From: Octopus vulgaris
Lineage: Eukaryota
DNA: 64,000 nt
Reading direction: 5' to 3'
Assembly (NCBI GenBank): GCA_951406725.2
Contig: OX597832.1
Location: 29,636,001-29,700,000 of the forward strand
Of the stretch, positions 14,164 through 56,279 are shown piece by piece; positions within the stretch are counted from its first letter, which is position 1; the number at the start of each line of letters is the position of its first letter. The notes beneath the pieces were generated by a model. The model searched no databases and was not told the origin of the DNA. It saw only the letters and a list, made by a program, of their open reading frames with translations. The translations under genes and the position numbers were made by a program.

Positions 14164-14258
<95 letters not shown>

Positions 14259-14269
14259 AAAAATAATAA

Positions 14270-14472
14270 TCCTTTCTACTATAGGCACAAAGCCCGAAAT
14301 TTTGGGGGAGAGGACAAGTCGATTAGATCAACCCCAGTGTTCAGCTGGTACTTATTTTACCGACCCCGAAAGGATGAAAGGCTAAGTAGACCTTGGCAGA
14401 ATTTGAACTAAGAACATAGTAGCAGACGAAATACCGCTAAGCATTTCACCTGCATGCAAACGATTCTGCCTT
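14270..14472 (-). mobile_element. SINE with GCCTTTCATCCTTTCGGGGTCG core and (ATT)n tail
   Basis: Same family at ~24740, 40530-40950, 44655, 45517, 47415, 51340, 57830, 58440. Confidence 0.8.
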
Positions 14473-14475
14473 AAA

Positions 14476-14532
<57 letters not shown>

Positions 14533-14650
14533 TATTAATAATAATAAATAATAATAATAATAATACTAATAATACTAATAATAATAAATAATAATAAATA
14601 ATATTAATAATAATAAATAATAATAAATACTATTAATAATAATAATGATG

Positions 14651-14696
<46 letters not shown>

Positions 14697-14864
14697 TAAT
14701 TACAAATAAGGATATAGTTAGTGTTAATTATAGTTAATAATAGCAGCAACACTAGTAATAGCAGGTTACGGTTATACTAGTTATGCTGATAGACATAATA
14801 AGAGGTGTTTTTGTCAGTAAATTTCTATGAAAGAATTTTGACCCAAATATGTAACAGAGAGAGA

Positions 14865-14898
<34 letters not shown>

Positions 14899-15281
14899 CA
14901 GAGTGAGAGGGGGGATGGTGGTGAAGGATGGAGTGTGGTGTGAGAGCGACAAGATCTAATCCTGTGTTGCATGTTAGCCTATTAAATAGCCGAGTAAACT
15001 ATCTTAGACGCTGATAAATAAGTAAAAATGACATTTCGAATAATGTATAGAAGTACAGTGTCACATTCCATAACAGAGTAAAGGGCGATGATGATGGCGG
15101 CGGCGGCGGCGGCGGCGGTGGTGGTGATGGTAGTGGTGGTGGTGATGGTAGTGGTGGTGGTGGTGGTGATGGTGGTGGTTGTGAGATATATCATACATAA
15201 CCCCACCCTTCATATATAACAATGTTCAGCAAGACAACATATATACATATGTATATATATATGTTTATATATATATATATG

Positions 15282-15357
<76 letters not shown>

Positions 15358-15482
15358 CATACGTATATATATATATGTATACATACACATAAATACACAC
15401 ACATGCACACACATATGGACATATACATACATATATACTAATACACATACACACACATAAATACACACATATATATATGCAT

Positions 15483-15835
15483 ATAAGAATTTTAATTTGC
15501 GAAGATGGAATGAACAGGCTTAATTACAAGTCACTACAGTTGTTTCGGTACATCAGCACCAGTTGGTAATTGTTGAACGCCACATATATATATTATACAC
15601 ATTACTGCATTAATATGATCCAATAATATCTGTATACATGCACCTAGTACTGTAATGACTCTACTCACCTGAAGAAGTGCATGTACACAACTATTGTTGG
15701 ATCATATTAATACAGCAATATGTACAATATATGTAGCGTTCAACAATTACTAACTGGTGCTGATGTACTGAAACAATTGTAGTGACTTGTTGTAAAGCCT
15801 GTTCCTTCCATCTTACATTAAAATTCTTTTATATA
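15483..15835. repeat. Fold-back with ~160-bp arms (Penelope-like inverted pseudo-LTR arrangement)
   Basis: 15483-15643 is the reverse complement of 15677-15835, with scattered mismatches. Confidence 0.9.
15665..15785 (+). ncRNA. Type I hammerhead ribozyme motif with complete core
   Basis: UCAC-CUGAAGA-AGUGCAU...(~80 nt)...AUGUACU-GAAAC-AAUU-GUA-GUGA; stems I, II and III pair; GUA cleavage triplet. Confidence 0.7.
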
Positions 15836-15978
15836 AACTGTACAGATATTCACAGATTTCTACGTGCATGTTCAGTAAAATGAAATATCCAGCTGTATGA
15901 TAGCATTTGGTAGTTGATACACATAGAGGAACTTTTGAGAACATGCTATAAGGTTATTACCCAGATAATATACATCTT

Positions 15979-16037
<59 letters not shown>

Positions 16038-16200
16038 ACATATATATATATATAAATATATATATCTCACCGTGACCGACCAGGCTATCAGATGTTGCTA
16101 CATATCACTTGTCACAATGTGCTTTGCATTGTTTTAGCCTTCAAATGACACCACCCTGCTGCTGCTGCTGATGATGATGATGAGATATATATATATATAT

Positions 16201-16242
<42 letters not shown>

Positions 16243-16729
16243 GTTTAACATCCACTTTCCATGCTAGCATGGGTTGAATGATTTGACTGAGGACTGGTGA
16301 GCCAGAGGCTGCACCAAGCTCCAATCTGATCTGGTAGAGTTTCTACAGCTTGATGCCCTTCCTAACACCAAGCACTCTGAGAGTGTAGTGGGTGCTTTTA
16401 CGTGCCACTGGCACGGGGGCCAGACGAGGCTGGCAAGTTTTTCTCTGTCACAATATACGAGTGAGGAAGGAAGGGGTGTTAGATAAATAAGGAAAGAAAG
16501 GATGATGGCAAATCTACGGTGAACAAACAGAATCAAACAATATTTCGACTCTGTGTGCATATATGTGTTTGTGTGTGTGTGTGTGTACAAGGGAAGTGTG
16601 TGAATGTTTGTATGGATTGATGTCACATCTCAAAATACAAACACTAAATAACATTGAGAAGTGTATTATTTTGAATTACCATCCATATTCTATCTTTTTG
16701 GATGGTGCGGGGCCAGCCAGTTCTTTAAT

Positions 16730-17278
16730 AAATTAAGTTAAGTTAAGTTAAGTTAATTTTTTGGCTCAAAAAGCAAAAAGCAAGGCCATGTAGGGGGACA
16801 TGGAGTTATGTACAGGGTAGTGTTCATGCAAAGAGTTCAGGCTATTTCTGGTCAAGGGAGACTTTGAACCAAGAGGTCGTCGGCATCTTCACTATCTCGT
16901 CCGGCAGCTTATTCCACGGATCCGCAACCTGGACGGAGAAAGCCCCTCTCCTTCGATTGAGATGAAATCGTCGCAGACAGAGCGTTTCGGAGTGACCCCG
17001 CAGCTGACGCTCTGGAGCAGGAGTGAAGAACAGCTCTTTCGAGAGGTTACACTTTCCGCTTATGATGTTGTGAGCAAGAATGAGATCACCACGGCGGCGG
17101 TGTTTTTCTAGAGAATAAAGGTCGAGCGTCTTCAGCCTTTCTTCATAAGACAAATGCTTGAGACCAAGAACCATGCGGGTAGCCAGCTTCTGGACTCTTT
17201 CGAGATGCTGTATGTCTTTGAGGAGATAAGGAGAAGACGCTTGAATCCCGTACTCCAATATGGGTCTCACCAGCATGA
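16730..17278 (-). mobile_element. CR1/L2-group LINE 3' end, well preserved, with (TAACT)n tail
   Basis: 144-aa ORF LVRPILEYG...LERVQKLATRMV...SYEERLKTLDLYSLEKHRRRGDLI...LRGHS...WNKLP; 5'-truncated; pentanucleotide tail at 16732-16756. Confidence 0.92.
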
Positions 17279-17526
17279 CCCCTAATTCCAGTGCTCTGAG
17301 TTACACATTTCCCACCATTCAACTGATTGTCCATCTCTGACTTCCCAATAAAATATTTACTGTTTTGGATATTTTTTTCAAAATATTATTTGAAAGTTCT
17401 GAAGAAAATTCTAATCTTATGGGTTTTTTGTTTTGTTTTTTTTAATTTTGAGAAAAAAGAAAACTTTGTGAGCAACAAAAGGCACAGGAGTGGCTGAGTG
17501 GTAAGAAGTTTGCTTCTTAACCACAT

Positions 17527-17983
17527 GTGTGTGTGTGTGTATGAATGTATATATGTATGTATGTATATGTGTATGTATGTGTGTATGTATGTGTGTATGT
17601 ATGCATGTATGTATGTATGTATGTATGTATGTATGTATGTATGTATGCGCTTGTATGTGTGTATGTGTATATATATATGTATGTGTGTTTGTATGTATGT
17701 ATATATATATGTATGTATGTATGTATGTGTGTATGTATGTATGTTTGTATGTATGTTTGTATGTATGTGTGCATGTATGTATGTGTGCGTATGTATGTGT
17801 GTATGTGTATGTGTATATATATATGTATGAATGTATGTATGTATGTGTATGTATGTATGTATGTATGTATGTATGTATGTATGTATGTATGTATGTATGT
17901 ATGTATGTGTATGTATGTTTGTGTATGTATGTATATATGTATGTAAGTATGTATGTATGCATATGTATGTGTGTATGTGTATG

Positions 17984-18017
<34 letters not shown>

Positions 18018-18500
18018 TGTATGTATGTATGTATGCATGCATGTATGTATGTATGTATGTATGTATGTATGTATGTAGGTAGGTATGTGTGCATATGTAT
18101 GTGTGTATGTGTATGTATGTGTGTATGTATGTATGTATGTATGTATGTATGTATGTATGTATGTATGTGTATGCATGTATGTGTGTATGTAGGTATGTAT
18201 GTATGTATGTGTATGCATGTATGTGTGTATGTGTGTATGTATATATGTATGTACATACCTATGTATGTATGTATGTGTGTATGTATGTATGTGTGTATGT
18301 GTATGTATATATGTATGTGTGTGTGTATGTATATATGTATGTACGTACCTATGTATGTATGTATGTTGTGTGTATGTATATATGTGTATGTATGCATGTA
18401 TGTATGTATGTATGTATGTATGTGTTATGTATGAATGTGTATGTATGTATGGATGGATGGATGCTTGTATGCATGCATTTATGTATGCATGCATGCATGT
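17527..18500 (+). repeat. (TATG)n / (TG)n compound microsatellite, ~1 kb
   Basis: Read directly. Confidence 0.97.
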
Positions 18501-19247
18501 TTGCATGACTGTGAGTGTGTGTGTGTGATGTATGAGAGTTTGGGTTTGTCAGTTTGTGACACCTTATTGTAGAGCAGATGGTAACAAATGGTGTCATTTG
18601 TTTCCAGTCTCTCATGAAATATTACCTTGCTTGGAAATGGTTGAAAGTTAGTGAATGGAAGGGCATCCAGCCTCAACAAATTCTGTCTGACCCATGCAAT
18701 CATAGAAAAATGGAAGTTAAAACAATGACATATACACATACATGAATATAAATATATATTTATGGTGTTAGGAAGGGCCTTGGCGTTAGGAAGGGCATCC
18801 AGCTGTAGAAACACTGCCAGATCAGACTGGGTCTGGCGCAGCCTTCTGGCTTCCCAGACCCCAGTTGAACCGTCCAACCCATGCTAGCATGGAAAATGGA
18901 TGTGAAACGATGATGATGATGATGATGATATGACTCAGTGGTTAAGGTGTTACACTCACGATTGTGAGATTGTAGGTTTGATTCCCAGGTTGGGGGTTGC
19001 GTTGTGTTCTTAAGCAAAGCACTTCATTTTAAATTGATCTGCAATCATTTTATCATCTGACATGTGGCACCCATGTAATCATTGAATAAAGGTAGAGATA
19101 CTCAGTGACACAATACAGTGGCTGTATCAGTGAGACTGGAACTTGTGACCAAGTAGTTTGTAATTATCATTGTATTAGGGCCTTAACGTGGCAACCTTTC
19201 TGATTCTCTGGTTTTAAAGATTTTCTGAATTTTAGTAAAAACTGATC

Positions 19248-19456
19248 AGGGAATGCTGAAAAGTTTCTGGCTTTGAGAGTATTTGGTCAGAGGAAAGCTT
19301 TGGTCAGAGGCACAACCTTCCAAGTTCTTGTACAGGTCTTAGAAAAACAGAAGGACTGTTGCCATAAATGTGTGAATTTGAGAGGGGAATATATTGAATA
19401 AAATCGTAATTAACTGATCCTCCTCTATTTTCTTTTACCCAAAGCCAGGAACTTTT
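19248..19456 (+). mobile_element. Mariner-derived non-autonomous element
   Basis: Inverted ends AAAAGTTTCTGGCTTT / AAAGCCAGGAACTTTT; internal KCVNLRGEYIE* transposase C-terminus. Confidence 0.65.
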
Positions 19457-19619
19457 ATTTTGAGAAACAAATATCTGTTGTAGGTTATCGTTGTCAAATG
19501 TATTTCATAAATATAAAAAAATTGCTTTTATTTCCCCCAGGTACGTCCTGATCCAACTTGTTTCGGATAAGACATTCCAGTTATAAATACTTTGCCTTTT
19601 CAGCAGACATAATCTATTT

Positions 19620-19927
19620 GTTTGTTTGTTCCTTCTCGAACCATGCCTGACTCATAACGGCTGGTTTCCTGGTTTCCTTGGCATATAGGTTCCCCACCTG
19701 GACGGGATACCGGTCCGTCGCAGGTGAGCCGCAAGATGCAGGAGGAAAGAGTGAGAGAAAGTTGTGGCAAAAGTGTCAGCAGAAGTTCGCCATTACCTTC
19801 TGTCGGAGCTACATGGAGTTTAGGTGTTTCACTCATAAATACACACATTGCCCGGTCTGAGATTCAAACCCGTGATCCCTCGACCGCGAGTCCACTGCTC
19901 TAACCACTAAGCCATGTGCCTCCACCA
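19620..19927 (-). mobile_element. tRNA-derived SINE; second copy at 27820-28130 (-)
   Basis: Minus-strand head GGAGGCACATGGCTTAGTGGTTAGAGCAG...GGGTTTGAATCTC; high similarity to 27820-28130. Confidence 0.85.
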
Positions 19928-22414
19928 TAATCTATTTAAGATTTCATTATTCAATATGCCCATCTTTTTTAAGATGGGTGAATATGATTTTAGGAAGATT
20001 GAACTGCTATTTTTAGCAGCTAGAACAGGCTTGATACAGATATCATCATCATCATCATCATCATCCTTCTTTAATGTCCATTGTCCATGCTGGCCTGGGT
20101 TGGACAATTTGATAAGATTTGGCCAGGCTGGGGCCATGCCAGTTTCCATATTTGCTTTGGTATGGTTTCTATGACAGGATGCCCTCTCCAACACCAACCC
20201 CTTTACAGAGTGTAATGGGTGCTTTTTACATGGCACCAACACCAGGGCTAGTTATGTGGCATCAGCACGGGTGCTTTTTAAGTGGCACTCGCTCAATGTA
20301 GTTCCACCCCCTTTGTGGACATAATAGGGTCTTCCTCATTGGTTTGATACAGGATTGCACTTTGTTGAGTTGATAAAGAATCAAGTTTTGCTAAGCACTC
20401 ATTCATTGGGAGATGAGGAGCTTGCTCCTCCTTTCCTGGGTCACAAAAAGGGTCCTTCGCTCATTGGATGACTACAAGGCCTGTGTCCTCCATTGGTCAA
20501 CAAGAAACTCTCTTGTTGTTACATTTATAATAAAATAGATGACAGATATGAAAAGTTAGAACAGTAAAATCGTAAAGACATAACTCTGAGCCATTACTGT
20601 CTTTTATGAAAATATCATTCCCCAGATTTTGGTGATTTCTACTTTAAATATACCAAATGTCCCAGAATTTCTTACTCAGCCTGTCTCTGCTTTGCTTCCA
20701 TCTTACATTGTACATGTCATAAATATTTTCCGTAAGGGCACCCAGCTGTAGAAATCAAGCCAAAACTGACGACTATGGGACCTGGTGCAGCCCCTGGCAT
20801 TATCGGTTACTATCAAGCCATCCAACCCACAGCAGCATGGAAAATGGATGTTAAATAATGATGATGATGATGATAACGACGATGACGATGACAATGATGA
20901 TGATGTTGATGATGATGATGATGATGATGATGATGACGATGACGATGATGATGGCGATGATGATGATGATGAGGATGATGATGATGATGACGATGGTGAT
21001 GATTAAGAACAAACCATTTCACTAGTTACCAAATCTTTCTGTACCAACCTCAGCAGTTTCCTGTTTAACTGTGCCCCTCCCCTACATCTCACACACACAC
21101 ACACACTGCTTACTCCGTTAAGACCCGGCTCTAATTCTCTTAATTCCTTTAACCCCTTTCATACTGCAGCTAAACCGTTTGACACGTCTCCTCTCTCCTC
21201 CTCTCCTCCTCTCCCCGTTACCCTCTTTGTGTCTCCTCCTCCTCCTCCTCCTCCTCCAAATATTTTTTTCCCATCATTCGTCCCAGAAGTATGTCAGCTT
21301 TTCAAATTACAAAAACTTCACATTCACAAAAACCAACCGACCACATTCCTCGCGGTTCTACAACATCTTTTACACTCGTATTTTTCACCTACACCACCAC
21401 CACCAGCACCACCACCCACACTCCCCACTACTCCCACTACCCTACTCCCCCGCCCGACCCACCCCACCCCGTAATAATTTACACAGACCATCAAACACTC
21501 TAATCCTATTAAGTTATACTTTTTCATACTTCTTCCACAGAGCAGGGGGTGGGGTGATGGAGGCGGGGGGGTGGAAGGATCTTTTTTTTTTTTCTAAAAA
21601 GCGGAGAAGAGGGTAGGATACTAAAAATATAAAGGTTGGGTATAATAATAATAATAACAATAATAAGGGAAAGCAGAAATGAATTGAAGGAGGGCCTTTG
21701 CTGCCATGTGAGTCTGTTTCAGACAAAAATATGATAAAAATGTGGTTCTTTCTGTTTGTTTTTTTTTGTTTTTTTTTGGGGTTTTTTTTTGTAGATTTCT
21801 TCTTTCGATGTAAACAGGAAATAATTTCGTTGTCAGATGTTAACAATCATTGTTTTGTTTAAACAAATGGATTTATATTAATCCTCTGATTAAAATTCCA
21901 ATCTTTAACCATTCATCATCTTTCTTCTTCTGTCTTTGTCTATATAGCAACATCCCGCTTTAAAAAGATGACCAGAATGCTGCAATTTGATTGGAGGTTC
22001 ACGAATCGGGTAGGTCGCATTCACAGGCTTTGCATTGTCGGAAATATTTTCTTTGTGCTTTTGTTGTTTTTTTTTATTATCATTTATTTGTTTCTCTCAT
22101 TAGACTGTGGCCATGCTGGAGCACCACCTTCGAGACAGTCGATCCCAGTATTTATTCTATGAGTCTCTTTTGCTAAACTGCTAAGTTATAGGGACATAAA
22201 CACACCAACACCGGTTTTCATGCAGTGGTGGAGGACAAACACAGACAGGAAGTTACTCACTCACATATATGCACATGTGTGTGTGTGTGTGTGTGTATAC
22301 ATATAATGATAATAATAATTATTATTATTTGAGGGAATATTATTCCTAACTTACAGGGAAAAATTCAATTTAGAAATACTAAATCAAATTTCACAAAATA
22401 TAATATATATATAT

Positions 22415-22625
22415 AAAAATTAGAAAAAAAACACTTTTTATCAATTCAAAATGAACAATTAAATTACACCATCTAGAAAATGTTTTTATTATTATTTTGC
22501 AATTTACTTAATCATCGGTATATTATTGCTATTTTAATTTTAATAGCTCTATTATATGTAATTTTCTAGATGGTATAATTTAATTGTTCATTTTGAATTG
22601 ATAAAAGGTGTTTTTTTTTCTAATT

Positions 22626-22626
<1 letters not shown>
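22415..22626. repeat. AT-rich fold-back/MITE-like element with ~66-bp arms, flanked by (TA)n
   Basis: 22415-22481 is the reverse complement of 22561-22626. Confidence 0.85.
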
Positions 22627-22661
<35 letters not shown>

Positions 22662-22898
22662 TAAAAAATGGAGTTAACGCAGGTTTAAACAAGTATTTTT
22701 ACTTTCTACATATGTTTCAAAAATTCCACTGATACTATTCAAAAGAATAAAAGGTATAAACAAAATATTCAACGTAAACACGAAGTTTCAACCTTTATAA
22801 ACAAGGAGTTACAACATCTTTACTTGCGAGATTTTTGCTGCCCTGGTAACTATTTATTTATTTTTCCGTGTTAATTGTTAACAAGGTAAAATACACTC

Positions 22899-22946
<48 letters not shown>

Positions 22947-23627
22947 CAGGCTTCTTCTAGTTTCCATCTACCAAACCCACTCACGAGACTTGAGTCATCC
23001 ATACAAATCTTATGACAAAGAATCCTTTGTCAACCAATTGTCTGTGATTGAAATGGTTAAGTCTTCACAGGTTTTCTATGAAATACTATCAGAATTATTA
23101 TTTACCAAGTTCTTCTTTTCTTTAATGCCATTTCATTCCCCTACCAGACATTGGCTTGTCCTTGTTTCCAGAACCATATCAGTTTTTCTAGAAGATGTGG
23201 TTACCTTTGTGCTAAATCCATTGGCACCTCTGGAGAAACTGGTGCAGGGACTGATTTCTTGTAACCCTTCTCATTGCACAACACAGTTGGTTCCAAGAGA
23301 GAAATGGATTGGTTGCAAAGAAACTGCTCTCTATGTAATTAGCTGGTATTATATTTATTGACCTTGGAGGTGAAAAAGGTGAAGTTAACCCCAACAGAAC
23401 TTGAACTCAAAGAGTAGAAATCTGGAACAAACTCCATTCTAATGACTTTGCTAATCCACCATTTATTTATCAAATTTCTGAAGCATTCTTTATTTAGTAA
23501 AAGTTACCTTCTGACTCATAAGGGTCAGTTTCTTTTGAGCTCAATAGCCAAACTACTCAGGTGATATGCTGTGCTTGAGATCATGGTCATGTTAAATGGC
23601 ACTTGTGCTGGTGGCACATAAAGAACA

Positions 23628-23793
23628 CCTTTCAAGCGTTGGGCCTCATGGAGGCAAAGCAGCAGAGTTCCTTTCAAGCGTTGGGCATTCTGGAGGCAAA
23701 GTGGCTGAGTTCCTTTCAAACACTGGGCCTCAAAGAGGCAAAGTGGCTGAGTTCCTTTCAAGTGTTGGGCCTCGTGGAGGTAAAGTGGCTGAG
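23628..23793 (+). repeat. 42-bp tandem repeat x4 within a SINE body
   Basis: CCTTTCAA starts at 23628, 23670, 23712, 23754. Confidence 0.9.
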
Positions 23794-24112
23794 GTAAAGT
23801 AACAAAGGTGGCAGATACCAGTGTCACACAAATGGCACATGTACCAGTGACACATAAAAGCACCTTCTACACTCTCGGTGTGGTTGGCATTAGGAAAGGC
23901 ATCCAGCTGTAGAAAACCATGTCAAATCAGACTGGAATCTGGTGCAGCCTTCTAGCTTACCAGCCTTAGTTAAACCGTCCAACCCATGCCAGCATGGACA
24001 ATGGATGTTAAATGATGATGATGATGACATTCATAATATTTATTGGTTGTTTTATTTGCTCTTTCAGATTCCTCAGACTGGAAGGTTGAAGACCAAACAA
24101 TAACTCACCGAA

Positions 24113-54285
<30,173 letters not shown>

Positions 54286-54678
54286 TATTAACTTAATGTT
54301 TTGAAATTCTAGACTGCTGTATAGTTGATATGAAATAGTCAAGTGGATGAGGTATCAGACTACAAACTCATAGGTTGTGAGTTCAAGTCTGACTGCAGGC
54401 ATTGTGTTGTGTCACTGAGCAAGACACTTATTTCTACATGGTTCCACATATCTTGTTGGGGAATTGGTATCAGGCCTTTGGGAAAGTTACCGGCAATAGA
54501 CCTGCATCCTATCCCAGAAGAAATTTGTCTTGCATCCACTGTTATTGCTATGAATCCCACATTTAAGCACCAGTTTTATAAACCCCTTGAAGTTTATAAA
54601 AAGAAATTGCACTTATTTGGGCAAGTGGGGTCTGTTCACAGTAGCATCACTATGAAGCATTATCATTATTCAATGTTT

Positions 54679-54975
54679 AAAATATTAATGAGGTGCTATC
54701 AAAATATTAATGAGGTGCTATCAAAATATTAAAGAGGTGTCATTAAAATATTAATGAGGTGCTGTAAAAATATTAAAGAGGTGCCATTAAAATATTAAAG
54801 AGGCGCTGTTAAAATATTAAAGAGGTGTCATTAAAATATTAATGAGGTGCTGTTAAAATATTAAAGAGGTGCCATTAAAATATTAATGAGGCGCTGTTAA
54901 AATATTAAAGAGGTGCCATTAAAATATTAATGAGATTATATTAAAATATTATAGAAATATTATAATATTAATGGG
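54679..54975 (+). repeat. 22-bp tandem repeat x~13 (AAAATATTAAWGAGGYGYYRTT) downstream of the stop codon
   Basis: AAAATATT starts at 54679, 54701, 54723, 54745, 54767 and onward. Confidence 0.95.
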
Positions 54976-55396
54976 ATACTATTTTTAATAAGATACCATT
55001 AAAATATTAAAGAAATGTTATCAAAATCATAACTGAAACAATGATTACTGTTAAAATATTCTAAGAACTTTTATTAAAATTACTTTGCAACAAAAAATTA
55101 AACTTAAATGAAAGAATTTTTATATTTGACAAAGTTTAGATTTCTTCAAACAGTAATTCAGAATTTTTTTTTTTTTTACATTTAAACACTGCTGGTTTTA
55201 TCCATTTTCAACCTTAAATAAGATTCTAATTTATTTCCCTAAAACAACAGAACAATCTTTTATAATCTTAATTTTAGTCTTATTGGACCATGGAAGAATT
55301 TTGGTAAAATATTAAGTTTGCGCAAACATCCAAAAATGAAATTTTTGTAATGGTTTGGTTAGTTTTACAGGTTATTATTATTAAACATGATTGTCT

Positions 55397-55402
55397 AATA
55401 AA
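55397..55402 (+). promoter_or_regulatory. Candidate polyadenylation signal AATAAA
   Basis: AATAAA ~1.1 kb after the stop, with G/T-rich sequence downstream; no transcript support available. Confidence 0.3.
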
Positions 55403-56213
55403 TCAAAGTAGGGTTATGTTTTATGGCTGGAAAAACGGACAGGCAGGGAGATAATGGGTGTGGTGAGGGTTGGTGGGTGAGTTTTGGATACTTTTAATAC
55501 TGGTAATGTAATTATATTCTAGAATAGATGCGGTGAACTTATACTCTGGGAAAAACAAATTGTGTATGGAGTAGGGTCTGTTCATTTCTGTACAAGAAAC
55601 TAACATTACTGTTGCATGTATGTACACACACACACACACACACATATATATAGACACACACACACACATATATATAGTTGAAATTTACAGAAAAAACAAA
55701 AGACAAAGATGGGTGTATGAACAACAAGCAGGTGTAACAGTTTGACACTCAGGAAAGTGAGAAAATCTTTTATGTTTCGAGCCTATGCTCTTCAACAGAG
55801 AGGAATAAGAGAAAATAAAGAGAGAGAGAGTAAAAAAAAATCTTGTGGATTTAATGGTCAAGCATATACACATACATGTACAAGTGGTTCATTTTAGAGA
55901 CACTAGAAAGATTAATGATCTTCCTGCCTACCATTAGCATTTTTAATAATAATAATAATAATAATAATAACAATATTTATTATTATTATTATTATTGTTA
56001 TTATTATTAAGCACTTGAAACACAGCTGAAAACTTGTGGGTCCCTAAGGTTACAGGTAATAACCCGCTACCCACATAAATCCCACCAGGAATAAGACTGA
56101 ACCTGAGCCAAATCAAAATAATAATAATAATAATAATTCTTTACAACCCACAAGGGGCTAAACATAGAGGGGACAAACAAGGACAGACAAAGGGAATAAT
56201 AATAATAATAATG

Positions 56214-56279
<66 letters not shown>

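Noticed and set aside
16842-17276. Functional reverse transcriptase or host gene
   Set aside because: Only the C-terminal part of a CR1/L2-type ORF2 is present, 5'-truncated, with a simple-repeat tail
23525-23863. ORF with 14-aa repeats (LCLxEAQxLKGTQP)
   Set aside because: A by-product of the 42-bp tandem repeat inside a SINE; several frames on both strands are open
54686-54935. let-7-related TGAGGT words in the 22-bp repeat
   Set aside because: They match the miRNA-sense sequence for only 6 nt, are not a target site, and there is no precursor hairpin
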